Origin: a virus
Taxonomy: Duplodnaviria; Caudoviricetes
IMG/VR virus record: IMGVR_UViG_3300043394_000122
Coordinates: 2,423 to 66,422 of that record
Length of the DNA stretch: 64,000 nt
Reading direction: 5' to 3' (one strand)
The notes under the pieces were generated by a model that saw only the letters and a program-made list of their open reading frames with translations, searched no databases and had not been told where the DNA came from. Shown one piece after another: positions 1 to 10,016 of this stretch. The position numbers were made by a program, and so were the translations under genes. Within the stretch, counting starts at the first letter, position 1. The number at the start of each line of letters is the position of its first letter.

Positions 1-1040
1 GCGTTCCGCCCCGCACCTGCGATGGCGTTTTTAAGTGCTTCCGCCGTGGCCCCTTGCGCACCAAGCGCGCTTACTGCGCTTTCTCCCAAGCCGCTCAAGG
101 TCGGTCCTGCCAAAGAGCCTACGCCACCCGCAACGGCCCCTTTAAGAAAGTCCCCACCCGAAAGTTCAGACAGCGTACCGCCAACAAGCGCGTTGCCAAG
201 CGCGGATGCAGTCAACCCCTGCGCGCCAAGCAGCTCCCCGATACCTTGCCCAAGGCCCGGGGCGACGGTCATCAACACCTGTGCAGCTTTAAGCAGTTCG
301 TCTTTATCCGACGATTCGCCCCACTTAGGCACGACCATTAACTGGCCGTCAGGGCCTTTGATTACTTCTCCAGAAGTCCAACCACCCCCCTCTGCCGTGC
401 CGAACAATCGGCCCAAAGAGTCGCGGTTTTGATCTTGGTCCTTGAACGCGTATGGATACAGGATCCTATTGAGCGCATCGGGGTCGTCCAGATACTGTTG
501 GCCTTGCCCTGCACCGATGTAGCCGATTTGTTTGGCCTGATCCCCCTCGCCAAACGTCAGATAGTTACGGGCAATCTCCAACTCTTGCGGACTGCCCCAG
601 TCGGTGGTTTCAGGCACCACGACCTTTTCAATGATTGGTGTGCCCAGCTTCAATCCGCCAAGGTCCGTAATCCCTGCGGCTTGCGCCTGCTGCGCAAACT
701 GGTCTGCCAACTGATCGAGTGTTAGCCCCGACTGCTTCAGCGTGATTTGCATGTGCGCAGGATTGATCTGCGACCACTGCGAAAGCAACTGTTGCTTGAT
801 CGCGTTGGTGTCTGGGACTGCGGGTGAGGAAGCAGTCTCTTGCAGTGCAGGTGCTTGATACGGCGTAGTCACCGGAGCAGCCGCGTTATAGCGTGACTGC
901 ACATCGGCCAAAGCAAGCCCAGTAGCTTGCGCCATCAGGTCCGTGGAGACACCGTACTGACCCATCGCAGCACGAATGTCAGCGTCAGTGGCTGTGGGGT
1001 TCGCTGAAAGCCAGCCTTGAATTTCTTGAATGGTCGGCAT
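1..1040 (-). CDS. Virion/ejection-type protein, partial (runs off the left edge)
   Basis: Not in the ORF track because it has no stop in the window. Manual translation: ATG at 1040 overlaps the upstream TAA (TAATG coupling), and MPTIQEIQGWLSANP...AEALKNAIAGAGRN stays open to base 3; G/A/L-rich C-terminal part. Confidence 0.75.
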   Translation of the reverse strand, partial: MPTIQEIQGWLSANPTATDADIRAAMGQYGVSTDLMAQATGLALADVQSRYNAAAPVTTPYQAPALQETASSPAVPDTNAIKQQLLSQWSQINPAHMQITLKQSGLTLDQLADQFAQQAQAAGITDLGGLKLGTPIIEKVVVPETTDWGSPQELEIARNYLTFGEGDQAKQIGYIGAGQGQQYLDDPDALNRILYPYAFKDQDQNRDSLGRLFGTAEGGGWTSGEVIKGPDGQLMVVPKWGESSDKDELLKAAQVLMTVAPGLGQGIGELLGAQGLTASALGNALVGGTLSELSGGDFLKGAVAGGVGSLAGPTLSGLGESAVSALGAQGATAEALKNAIAGAGRN

Positions 1041-1681
1041 TACGGTGCTACCTCAGTGACTTTGGAGCTTTCCGACACGAAGTTAACGGTCAGAATTGCA
1101 GAAGGGCTTTGCGGGGCGGGGGAAGGCAACGCAAGGTTGGCGATATAAACGCGCGTGTCGCTGACCATCCACATAAGCTGGAAGTAATCTCCAGGCTGCA
1201 TCTCCACAAAGAAATTCAGCGCGGCAATGGCTTCTGCAGGGTTTCCGTTGATAACGTACTGACTGGCAGAAAATGGGGCATCCACCCCGTTGCGTCTGAA
1301 CCACACATAGAAGAAGTGTGTAGAGGAGCTTGTCTGAGCAAGCTGCAGCGAGAACGCAAAGTTATAGATACCCGCATGCGTGACATAGATCCGCGTCGGA
1401 TCTGTTCTGTCTTTGTAGACAGAGTTGGTTAGGTATTCACTATCAAAAGCGACTGCGTAGGGCGTGTTTGCCGCAAGCGCATACTGGTCGGTCGTGTCGT
1501 AGAAGGTCGCATGGGGCATGCTGATGAAGCGTCCCCCATCCTCCCCAAGAAGCTCGTTAAGCGTGCCCACCACCCGGTTGAAGAACAGTCGCAGCACGTT
1601 GCTGAACTGCTCTTGGAAACGCTGCGTCCATGACGCTGAAGCCAGCGGCAGGTTTGGGGCTACAACTTTGTCGAGCTTCAT
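1040..1681 (-). CDS. Virion structural (tail-associated) protein
   Basis: 213-aa ORF directly after the 711-aa tail gene; beta-rich C-terminal domain. Assigned from context. Confidence 0.55.
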   Translation of the reverse strand: MKLDKVVAPNLPLASASWTQRFQEQFSNVLRLFFNRVVGTLNELLGEDGGRFISMPHATFYDTTDQYALAANTPYAVAFDSEYLTNSVYKDRTDPTRIYVTHAGIYNFAFSLQLAQTSSSTHFFYVWFRRNGVDAPFSASQYVINGNPAEAIAALNFFVEMQPGDYFQLMWMVSDTRVYIANLALPSPAPQSPSAILTVNFVSESSKVTEVAP

Positions 1682-1693
1682 TAGGGTTTTTAC

Positions 1694-3829
1694 CTAACGC
1701 CTGCCGTCTAAACGCACATCGAGTCGCGGTGCTCCCAACTGCCACATGGTGCCGAGGGAATCAGACTCCATCCGCAGAATCATTTGCCGTCCACGCACGC
1801 GCACGTACACCTGACCCGGCGTGACGTTGCGTTCAAACGCCGTATCTCCGCTATATGCCTCAATCGGGATAGTCGCTGTCCGCGTCACGCGGGCGTTGTC
1901 TGTACCACCGCTGGAGCGCGGAGATGTAAACCCGGAACCCGAGTTGTTCATCGGGATCAGCGTCATCTTGGCAGACGGAGCCGCTGCCGTGGACCCATCA
2001 AAGGTCACATCCGGCAGGATACGCCAGACAAACCCAAACTGGTGGCCATCTTCAATATCGAACTCCGCAGACTCGATGTAGGCAGTGATCGGAGCGGGCG
2101 TACCCGTCTCGTTGTCGTCCACACCTTCTTCATGGTTTACGAGATTGTGACTGTATGTTGCTGCCGCCGGAGTTTTGCGCAGGCCGGAGTCGATCCAAGC
2201 CGTGCGCGACAGCGTACCGTAGTACCAGATGTTTTCAAGGTAGTTGTAGACGACGTATTTATCTACGACGGTGGAATTCTTAGAGCAGTAGAACCACCAG
2301 ACCTCGTTGAAGCCCTCGTTCGTCCCAGCAAATACTTGCTGATTCTGCGAGTTGTTGAAGTCGTTGAAGACATACCGACGAAGGTCACAGTTGAGCGTCT
2401 TAACCGAACCGTCGTACACGTAGAACTTGTCCACACCCATCCAGTACACCACGCCCGAAGCCACCGCCACTGCGTTCTGTCCCTGAATTGAGATGTTGTC
2501 CCCCAGCAACTGCGATCCCCACACCACCGGAGGTCCAAGGTACTGCAGCGAGTACAGCGACGTGTCGGTCCAGACCAGAATCTCTTGCCGGGTCTGCTGA
2601 ACCGCAATGATCTCGGAGCCGTGAGACAGCGTGAGACTGCCTGCTTGGTTGGTCGCCTGTGGGTACCAGTTGACCGCGCTCTCTTGATCCGACCAGCGGA
2701 TCAGCATTGGGTTCTGCACCGCAGAGAAGTAGTCGTTGCACCCGAAGGCGAACACGAAGCGGCTGGTATCCGATACGAAGATCACGTTCTGCACCGTAGG
2801 CACAGCCTCCAGTACCGAAACGGAGTGCACACCGCTTTGCGAGCCCGTCGTGGTAATTGGTGCCCCACCGGAGGTAGCTGACAGATTAGCCGTTAACCCT
2901 TGCACGTTCTCAAGGTAGTACGTGGTACCCGCAGTCAGTCCGGTGGGAAGCGCACCTGTGGTGGCAAGTTTTACCGGCATGCCTGTGGAAAGCGGGGTGG
3001 AGAGTGTGATGACTGCCGGGGCAGCGATGGTGATCGTGACCGTGCCGCCCAAAGAGTTCAGGTTGACGCCACGCACTGCGGTACCGGCAGAAGCGTCCCA
3101 GTAGTACATACCGCCACCGCGAGGGCCGAAGATTAGGTCTTCACCGAAGTCCATTGCGCTCCACAGACGAAGCGCGGAGGTAGATGTAGCACCGACACCC
3201 CAACTGCCAGAACCCCAACCCCCAGCACCCCAGCCGACCAGCGGGAACTGGATTTCAGGGCCAACACTGAGTTGGTAGGCAGTGACAACTGAAGCACCGC
3301 CCCCAGGAGAACCCGCTGCATCGGTTGCGTTGGCCGTGGCACTGACCGTGATCGTGTAGGTGTTGCTGTCCACCAGCGTGATCTGGTGTTCCTTGTTCAG
3401 CACCCCAGCAGTGATGTTGCCGCCAAGCCCTACCGCACCAGAGAACGTGACGAAATCGCCGTTGACACAGCCGTGCGCCGTGTCTGCGACCGTGATGACT
3501 GAAGATCCAAGCGTGGCCGTGAACGGGTTTGTGAGGACAACCGTGGAGCGGATAGGCGTGATGTCGTAGTAGACCCCGCCCTGCTCAATGTAGTACTTCA
3601 GGTTGGTGCCCAGGCCCATCAGGTTCAGCGAACTCAGTGTGACCCAGTTCCACAGGTGACGACAAAGACCTAGAAACGTGCTGCCGGAAATGCGGTTCCA
3701 ACCACCGATGCGCTCAGGCGTACCTTGGCGGAAGCGAATCTTGTCGCATTCATACCACCCATTCTCCGACGCGTAGCGCGTGTTCTCTTTGTTTACGCCG
3801 GGTTTTAGCAGCAGCTTTTTTAACGGCAC
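1694..3829 (-). CDS. Tail protein, probably nozzle/tail tubular B-like (P22 gp10/T7 gp12 analogue)
   Basis: 711 aa, W/G-rich repeats consistent with a beta-propeller, with small T/A/G-rich inserted domains; position in tail block. Confidence 0.6.
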   Translation of the reverse strand: MPLKKLLLKPGVNKENTRYASENGWYECDKIRFRQGTPERIGGWNRISGSTFLGLCRHLWNWVTLSSLNLMGLGTNLKYYIEQGGVYYDITPIRSTVVLTNPFTATLGSSVITVADTAHGCVNGDFVTFSGAVGLGGNITAGVLNKEHQITLVDSNTYTITVSATANATDAAGSPGGGASVVTAYQLSVGPEIQFPLVGWGAGGWGSGSWGVGATSTSALRLWSAMDFGEDLIFGPRGGGMYYWDASAGTAVRGVNLNSLGGTVTITIAAPAVITLSTPLSTGMPVKLATTGALPTGLTAGTTYYLENVQGLTANLSATSGGAPITTTGSQSGVHSVSVLEAVPTVQNVIFVSDTSRFVFAFGCNDYFSAVQNPMLIRWSDQESAVNWYPQATNQAGSLTLSHGSEIIAVQQTRQEILVWTDTSLYSLQYLGPPVVWGSQLLGDNISIQGQNAVAVASGVVYWMGVDKFYVYDGSVKTLNCDLRRYVFNDFNNSQNQQVFAGTNEGFNEVWWFYCSKNSTVVDKYVVYNYLENIWYYGTLSRTAWIDSGLRKTPAAATYSHNLVNHEEGVDDNETGTPAPITAYIESAEFDIEDGHQFGFVWRILPDVTFDGSTAAAPSAKMTLIPMNNSGSGFTSPRSSGGTDNARVTRTATIPIEAYSGDTAFERNVTPGQVYVRVRGRQMILRMESDSLGTMWQLGAPRLDVRLDGRR

Positions 3830-3838
3830 TTTACTACC

Positions 3839-4309
3839 TCATCTTAGCAGCGCGGCTTCAGCTTCTCTTCGACGGGTGAGTCCCCGGAGGATTCTGCCAG
3901 CGGCACGGTTCCATTTTAGGATCTGCTCGCACGCTCCGTCCCAGTCCTTGGCATCAACGCGCTTGCGCAACCGGGAGATGCGGTAGTTACCTAAGCCGCA
4001 GTTATACGCGAAAGAAATGATGGCGGCAAGCCGCCTGGGCGGCTCGTTGACCAACCCAGGCGACAAAGCAAGCACACCCGATGCGAAATACAGAAGGTGC
4101 TTGTCTAAGGCTTCTTCTGCTTGCTGTTCAGTCCAAACAGTGCCTTTTGTGATTCCTGGGCCAGTACTGCCATAGCCAATAGTCCACGGCTCAGCGCCAG
4201 TGCCGGGATCAGGGTAAGCCATGCACCCACCATCAGGTAGTCTTCGATGGTAGCCCTCGAAGGGCTTGACGAGGGCGTTCTTAGCAAGTTGGATCGCATC
4301 ACTGATCAT
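3839..4309 (-). CDS. Endolysin, GH24 phage lysozyme
   Basis: Catalytic pattern FEG...YPDPGTG...WTIGYG; C-terminal SFAYNCG and GL..RR..E typical of GH24. Confidence 0.92.
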   Translation of the reverse strand: MISDAIQLAKNALVKPFEGYHRRLPDGGCMAYPDPGTGAEPWTIGYGSTGPGITKGTVWTEQQAEEALDKHLLYFASGVLALSPGLVNEPPRRLAAIISFAYNCGLGNYRISRLRKRVDAKDWDGACEQILKWNRAAGRILRGLTRRREAEAALLR

Positions 4310-4788
4310 TTCCCTTGGTATTTATCAATACTTCTTGAAACGAACCAGAACGTGATGATCATGTTCAGCATGGCAAAGTCGTCGCCGGTCCAGTTCTCAC
4401 GGATGACTTCGTACCAAGGAGCGCCCATCTGGATGGCGTAGCTGATCATCGTGATTTTGAAGGCGACGTACAGACCGAAAAGAATGTACGTGATGCCGGG
4501 ACGGACCAGCGCAGACAGACTGGCCACCCACTTCCACGCACGCTTGTCGGCTTCACCCTGCTGCTTGAACGCGTCCGCGATGGCGTCGAGTTGGGAGGCC
4601 GAGTGCTCCACATACTTCTCCTCCATGCGGAACGTGCCACGCACCTTCTCCAGATCGGTCTGGAGCGTGAACATCTTCAGTTCATGGGCGCGTTCGTCCT
4701 TGCGGTCGAAGAAGCGGAAGGCTTCCGGAGCCAGACGGAACAGCCCCCCGAACAGGGAGCCGAGAAGGCCAGAGGCTAGTTCGAACAT
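4306..4788 (-). CDS. Putative holin (GTA 3TM-holin-like)
   Basis: Likely start MFELASGLLGSLFGG at 4788; hydrophobic segments (LVRPGITYILFGLYVAF, MLNMIITFWFV); ATGA-overlaps the endolysin start. Confidence 0.6.
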   Translation of the reverse strand: MFELASGLLGSLFGGLFRLAPEAFRFFDRKDERAHELKMFTLQTDLEKVRGTFRMEEKYVEHSASQLDAIADAFKQQGEADKRAWKWVASLSALVRPGITYILFGLYVAFKITMISYAIQMGAPWYEVIRENWTGDDFAMLNMIITFWFVSRSIDKYQGK

Positions 4789-4909
4789 GGTCAGGGCTCT
4801 GTAGAAGTTCGGAAGACGCCCCGCTGGGGCAATCAATTTTAGGGCTTATCTAGGCGCTCGGATTCTGTGATCTGCGTGTTGCCAATCGTTTGTTGGTGTT
4901 ACGCAAATA

Positions 4910-5314
4910 TCAGGTCGGCGCGACGGGCCACTCCACTTCGTACGGGAAGCCGGGCTGCTCAGCGATGTCGCGCAGCGCCCGGCGGTACTGCGCCCATTGT
5001 GCGCGCTGCTCATCGGTGAGTGGGGCGTCAGGCAGCTGAGACCAGTCGGACGCCGCAAGCCGCTTGTTGCGCTGGAGTCGAACGTGCTTGGCGACGTCCT
5101 CGGCGGGCCGCTGCAGCACCTCCCACGCCATGTACCACTTGCCGTCGCGCTGCTCAGGGAACTTCTCCTGCACGTACTGCGTCTCGTAGTTGAAAGGCGG
5201 TTGCGCAACCAGCTCCACTGGCGCGTAGTCCGCCATGCCTGCCGGATCGAGTTCGATGTCCCCGATGTGGCGGGGATACTCCATCGTGGAGAGCTTGATG
5301 TAGTTGCTGGTCAT
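4910..5314 (-). CDS. Tail fibre assembly chaperone
   Basis: C-terminal RN.RLAASDWSQLPDAP...WAQYRRALRDI..QPGFP..VEWP signature; follows fibre/adhesin genes. Confidence 0.85.
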   Translation of the reverse strand: MTSNYIKLSTMEYPRHIGDIELDPAGMADYAPVELVAQPPFNYETQYVQEKFPEQRDGKWYMAWEVLQRPAEDVAKHVRLQRNKRLAASDWSQLPDAPLTDEQRAQWAQYRRALRDIAEQPGFPYEVEWPVAPT

Positions 5315-6768
5315 ACGGTTAAGGCTGAATTGGTTACGGTTGTGGAGGAGAAACTTCTCGATGCCGCCGTCGGCACGATGTCGGCGATCCCCATTCCGAA
5401 GGTGCCCTGCGTCTCCGTTGGCGTTGTGAACGTGGCCGACGCTGCCGCGTACACAAAGGTCACTCCCCCAACGGTGTAGTTGCCCGTCTTGCTGCCGTCG
5501 GTCGGGAGCTTGAGCACAACCGCCTTAAGCTGCGATGGCTCGGCGAAGCCCGTGACGATGAACGAGCCGCCGGAGTTGTTCACCGTGATGCCGTACAAGT
5601 TGAAGCTCACGGCGTTCGTGTTCAGGGCAATGGACCGCTGCCACACCACCGTGCCGGAGGAGTTGTACTTGATGACGGCGTACTTCTGGATGCTGTTCTC
5701 GGCGTAGCGGAGCAGCATGTATGCGTTTTCGGACGCATCAACGGCAAGGTCCTCACAGCTAGCGGCGGAGCTTCCGATGCTCACGGCCGACTTCCAAATG
5801 AAGGTCCCAGCAGAGTTGGCTTTGAGCAAGACAGCGGTGCCCATGGTGTCGCCGCCAAAGTAAGCGTTGCCCGCGCTCGTGGCCTTTACTGCAAACAGCG
5901 AGTACCCAAAGCCGCCATTCTCAAGATACTTCGACCACTGGTGGACGCCGGACGAGTTGATCTTTGAGAGGAAACCACACGGCAGATACTCCTCGTACCA
6001 GTCGTCGTAATAGATGGATTGCCCCGTGTAGAACACGTTGCTGCTGCCGTCAATCGACGCTTCATTGCACGTCACCGTCTCGCTCAGCCATCCGCGCTTC
6101 CCGAGCAAGTGCGTGCCGGCGGCGTTGAACTTGTGCAGATACACGACGCCCGACGAAATGTCGTTGTCGTAATACGACCCAGCAACGTAGACGGTGTCCG
6201 ACGAGTCGATGTTTATGTGCGCATAGTTGTAGTTTGTGATGTTTAGCTTTTTTGACCAGAGCACACTGGTAGGCGACGCTCCGTTCAGCTTGAAGAACGA
6301 GGCCTCGCTGTACGCGCCGTTCGCTACGTAGCCCGCGTAGATGTTGTTCGAGCTGTCAAACGCGAAACTTTGGGCTCGTGAGGCAAGATTGTTATCCGTG
6401 ATGGACCAGGAGACCGAGCCAGTCGGCGAGATCTTCACGAGTAGTGGGTAATTCTCCGAGGCCCAAGTGGCGTTCGCCCCCGCACCAAGAATGACGCTTC
6501 CCGATTTGTCGACAGCAACACTCCAGCCGACTGTCGGCATGTTGGTGTCGCGATTGAGCACAGCAATCCAGTTGGTCTCTGCGGACGTGCCGTAGAAGTG
6601 CCAGATCGAAATGGCGCCGCTGGTGGGCACAGCGCCGTTGGTGCCCGAGGTGCCGGACGGCACGTATGCGCCGCCCGCGTAATACTCGGACAGGCTGATC
6701 GGGTTGGAGCCGCCGAACTCGGTCTGGATGTTCGCGAACGTCAGAGCGCCGGAAGTTGGGAGTGCCAT
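5311..6768 (-). CDS. Tail fibre tip/adhesin with beta-propeller-like repeats
   Basis: N-terminal MALPTSGAL...EFGGSNPISLSEYY module typical of fibre-tip proteins; then repeated blades (..D.S.N.Y..G ... K.NS.G...W). Confidence 0.65.
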   Translation of the reverse strand: MALPTSGALTFANIQTEFGGSNPISLSEYYAGGAYVPSGTSGTNGAVPTSGAISIWHFYGTSAETNWIAVLNRDTNMPTVGWSVAVDKSGSVILGAGANATWASENYPLLVKISPTGSVSWSITDNNLASRAQSFAFDSSNNIYAGYVANGAYSEASFFKLNGASPTSVLWSKKLNITNYNYAHINIDSSDTVYVAGSYYDNDISSGVVYLHKFNAAGTHLLGKRGWLSETVTCNEASIDGSSNVFYTGQSIYYDDWYEEYLPCGFLSKINSSGVHQWSKYLENGGFGYSLFAVKATSAGNAYFGGDTMGTAVLLKANSAGTFIWKSAVSIGSSAASCEDLAVDASENAYMLLRYAENSIQKYAVIKYNSSGTVVWQRSIALNTNAVSFNLYGITVNNSGGSFIVTGFAEPSQLKAVVLKLPTDGSKTGNYTVGGVTFVYAAASATFTTPTETQGTFGMGIADIVPTAASRSFSSTTVTNSALTV

Positions 6769-8570
6769 CAGCAGGCTCCTTTCATTGCAGCCAACTCGGC
6801 GCGAAGTTCCTTGATCGCCTCCACCAGCAGCGGGATCACGCGCTCATAGCGGACGGTCAGGTACTTGTCATCGATCGGTGCCGGGGCGACGACTTCAGGA
6901 AGCGCAGCCTGCAAGTCCTGCGCGGACAAGCCCACCTCGCGCACCGCCTTGTAGCCCAGCGCCTGGGCCGTCTCGTTGGCCTCGTAATAGAAGCCGGTGA
7001 GCGAGCAGACCTTCTCGAGCGCGCCCTCGATCTGGCCGAGGCGCGTCTTCAGCCGGTCGTCCGAGTAGTATGCCGTGATGTTGTTAGTGGCGCGGATCTC
7101 ACCGGCTGTACCAGAGGCAGCAGTGCCAACACCAAGAGAGCTGACCTGATAGCTGTTGCCGGTGTTCAGTGCGTTGGCTGTTGACGCCGTGGTGGCTGAC
7201 GTCGCAGACGAGGCCGAGCCGGCACTGTTCGCGTAGTTCGCGTTGCCGGTGATGTTGATGCCCCAGGTGCCGGAGGCACCGGTCCCATCAGTCGATGGCA
7301 CAGAGAGATTGCTACGCGCTGTCGCCGCGTTTGTTGCCCCGGTGCCGCCGTTGGCCACCGCCACCGCACCGGTCAAGCTGATGTTGGGCGCAGAGCCGCC
7401 AGACGAGGCCAACGGAGCCGAAGCCGTCACCGCAGTAAGCGTACCACCTGAGCCAGTAGCTGACAATGTGCCGCCAGAAAAGCTAATTCCAGATCCGAGG
7501 GTGACGTTGCTGAACCCGCCAGCCCCGTTGCCGTACAGAATTGAAGTGCCAGACGTAGCCGGGGCATAGTCAGTACCTGCCGCAGCCGCCGTGAAGGCGC
7601 TTGTGCCGTTGCCCTTGACCAACCCGGTTAGCGTGGCTGCGCCCGTACCGCCGTTGGCAACAGGCAGCCTGCCCGTGACCTGAGTCGTCAGGCTTACATC
7701 GCTCAGCGTGCCGCCAAGCGTCAGGTTGCCAGTGGAAGTTACTGTGCCAGACAGCGTGATGCCGTTCACAGTGCCCGTACCGCCAACCGAAGTCACTGAA
7801 CCGCCGCCAGTACCAGCACCAATCGCCGTGCGGAAGTCTGCCGCAGACAGGGCAGATACCGTGTTGTCAGCGTTGATGCGCGGGAAAGTGATAGCGCCAG
7901 GGTTTGTCAGCGTGAAGAAGTTCTGACCAACAGTGGTTCCGCCAAGCGACGTGCGCCCCGTCGAAGCGACAAGGTTTGTGCTGCCGCCATCCCACTGCAG
8001 ACGTTGCGTGTAGGCTGCGTCCCAGTTCGATTGGCTGGATGTAGTGGGGATGGAGTATCCGGCAGTCAGTGACAACGCCAGCGTGCCGGAAGACGTTACC
8101 GGAGAGCCAGAAACCGTCAGCCCTGTAGGGGCAGACAGTGCAACCGAAGTCACACCGTCAGGAACACTAGAAGCCACTTTTACGAAGTCGCTTCCGTTCC
8201 AAGCTGCCACACAACGTTCCCCCGCCGCCACCGTGATGCCGGTCGTCGGGCCTGCGCCAACCAACTTGATGCTCTGCGTGCCCGCCGAAGCATTGATGAC
8301 GATGTAAGCCTTGGTCCGCGCCGGAGCCGTGATCGTCCGAGTCGCCGTGCCGTTGGCCGTCCACAACAGAATAGCTTGCCGAGATTGGTTGGCCGCACCC
8401 GTGGTGTCCGTCAGCGTGACATCAGCATCAGAACTGAGCGTCGTCGTACCAGCAATTGCGCTGTCCAAAAGGCCAGTAATTTCTGTGTTTACAACATCGC
8501 CCCAAGTACCTGCTAATTCACCCTGGACAGGGAGAGCAAGACCGAGATTATTGGTATAGCTAGTGGGCAT
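6768..8570 (-). CDS. Tail fibre with C-terminal intramolecular chaperone (peptidase S74-like)
   Basis: G/T/S-rich shaft with ANGGTGAT repeats; C-terminal YSDDRLK...VGLSAQDL...PEVV...Y.R.IPLLVEAIKEL. Confidence 0.9.
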   Translation of the reverse strand: MPTSYTNNLGLALPVQGELAGTWGDVVNTEITGLLDSAIAGTTTLSSDADVTLTDTTGAANQSRQAILLWTANGTATRTITAPARTKAYIVINASAGTQSIKLVGAGPTTGITVAAGERCVAAWNGSDFVKVASSVPDGVTSVALSAPTGLTVSGSPVTSSGTLALSLTAGYSIPTTSSQSNWDAAYTQRLQWDGGSTNLVASTGRTSLGGTTVGQNFFTLTNPGAITFPRINADNTVSALSAADFRTAIGAGTGGGSVTSVGGTGTVNGITLSGTVTSTGNLTLGGTLSDVSLTTQVTGRLPVANGGTGAATLTGLVKGNGTSAFTAAAAGTDYAPATSGTSILYGNGAGGFSNVTLGSGISFSGGTLSATGSGGTLTAVTASAPLASSGGSAPNISLTGAVAVANGGTGATNAATARSNLSVPSTDGTGASGTWGINITGNANYANSAGSASSATSATTASTANALNTGNSYQVSSLGVGTAASGTAGEIRATNNITAYYSDDRLKTRLGQIEGALEKVCSLTGFYYEANETAQALGYKAVREVGLSAQDLQAALPEVVAPAPIDDKYLTVRYERVIPLLVEAIKELRAELAAMKGAC

Positions 8571-8579
8571 TTAATGCTC

Positions 8580-9428
8580 CTAAGTCGTTTGGATGTCGTC
8601 CCAAGTCGGAGTCTGGTCCGTGCTGGGTTTCGCCCATCCTGAGGTTTGTGTGTTGGTTATGTTTTGCCAAGCGGGCGTTTGCGTGTTATCGACTGCACCC
8701 CATCCCGGAGTTTGCGGTGTAGGCACGTTGCCCCACCCAGCCGTCTGCAAATCGTCAATGACTTCCCATAACTTGCGGCCAAGAACCACATCAACGATGT
8801 GGGCAGCTTCATCAAGGGAGGTGGCAAATCTGGCTTGGGCCAGCAAATGCTCAATGGCATTCGCAACCTCTTCGACCTGTGCCTGTACTGTAACAAGCGC
8901 AGAGATGGCGTCAAGCCCCGCAGCAGTCTCTACTACGCGACTTTGAACCGTGATGTTGGTTGAAACCGTATCTGCGCCAGAAGCCGTTTCGCTGACAGAA
9001 GCTTCAAAACCAAAGTTCGCACTGTTCGCATCCGAGATAGTGCCTGCCTCATCGACCACCACGGCCCATTGCAACTGCGCGGCCAGCGCGTCAGTGACAG
9101 CGCCAGTTTCGGCAATACTGACTGCCCAGTTCACCTGGGCCTGCACCGCTTCGCTGCCCGCAGCGGTCTCTGCTACGCTACTTTGGAACTGCGCTTGGGC
9201 TTGGACAGCTTCACTGCCCGTCGCCGCCTCCGCCACGGAGGATTGGAATTCCGCTTGCGCTTGAGCGGTTTCGCTGCCTGCGGCAGATTCGGCTACAACG
9301 GACTGGACGTTTACAGCAGCGGAGGCGGCGTCAGCGGCAACGGAGGATTCATCTGCGGAGCGGTCATATACTGACCCACCCCATGCAGCTTGCCCCCAAG
9401 AGCCGGAACCCCAGCCTCCTTCTGCCAT
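8580..9428 (-). CDS. Virion structural protein with internal repeats
   Basis: About 19-aa repeats (SVAETAAGSEAVQAQ) and C-terminal 11-aa W-containing repeats (QTPGW/QTPAW/QTSGW/QTPTW). Confidence 0.6.
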   Translation of the reverse strand: MAEGGWGSGSWGQAAWGGSVYDRSADESSVAADAASAAVNVQSVVAESAAGSETAQAQAEFQSSVAEAATGSEAVQAQAQFQSSVAETAAGSEAVQAQVNWAVSIAETGAVTDALAAQLQWAVVVDEAGTISDANSANFGFEASVSETASGADTVSTNITVQSRVVETAAGLDAISALVTVQAQVEEVANAIEHLLAQARFATSLDEAAHIVDVVLGRKLWEVIDDLQTAGWGNVPTPQTPGWGAVDNTQTPAWQNITNTQTSGWAKPSTDQTPTWDDIQTT

Positions 9429-9441
9429 TTACACATCCAAT

Positions 9442-10011
9442 TTAAGCGGAAAGAGAGAGACTGTAACTTACCAAGATCACGTCCCCGCTCACCACCGCAC
9501 GGTCGCCAGGAGAGGCAAAATCTGCTGCGCTGAACAGCACCCCGGAAGTACCTGAAGCCACGCTGCACAGGAACGCACCGCCCACCGTCGCGGGCGCATT
9601 GATCGTGAACTGGGCCTTGTTTGCGCTGTTGGTCACCACGGACGGGTTGGCATTGGTCGCCGCAGCAAAGGTCGCCGCCACACGGTTGCCCGCGTAAGGC
9701 GTGATTTCAGTCCACCCACCGTGCAGGGCCAAGGTATCCCCAGCCGCAGGATCGTTCGTCGCACCAGATCCGTACAGACCAATGTACCAAGTCGTCACAG
9801 GCGTCGTACCCGTGAGCGCAGCACCTGCCATGTACTGAAGGCCGACGTTAACCACGAGGTTCTTAGACTCTGCAACCCACTTCAGGTTACCGTCCTTGTC
9901 GAAGCACTCGACCACGTACTTGCCCGTAGCGCTGGCGCTCTCAGCCGCTGCCGTACCTGCAATCAGGCCCCCAGTCATCAGGTCTTTGGCTTTGCCGTTT
10001 TCTTGCATCAT
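9442..10011 (-). CDS. Virion structural protein
   Basis: 189-aa ORF in tail operon, beta-rich; context only. Confidence 0.55.
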   Translation of the reverse strand: MMQENGKAKDLMTGGLIAGTAAAESASATGKYVVECFDKDGNLKWVAESKNLVVNVGLQYMAGAALTGTTPVTTWYIGLYGSGATNDPAAGDTLALHGGWTEITPYAGNRVAATFAAATNANPSVVTNSANKAQFTINAPATVGGAFLCSVASGTSGVLFSAADFASPGDRAVVSGDVILVSYSLSLSA

Positions 10012-10016
10012 GCACC

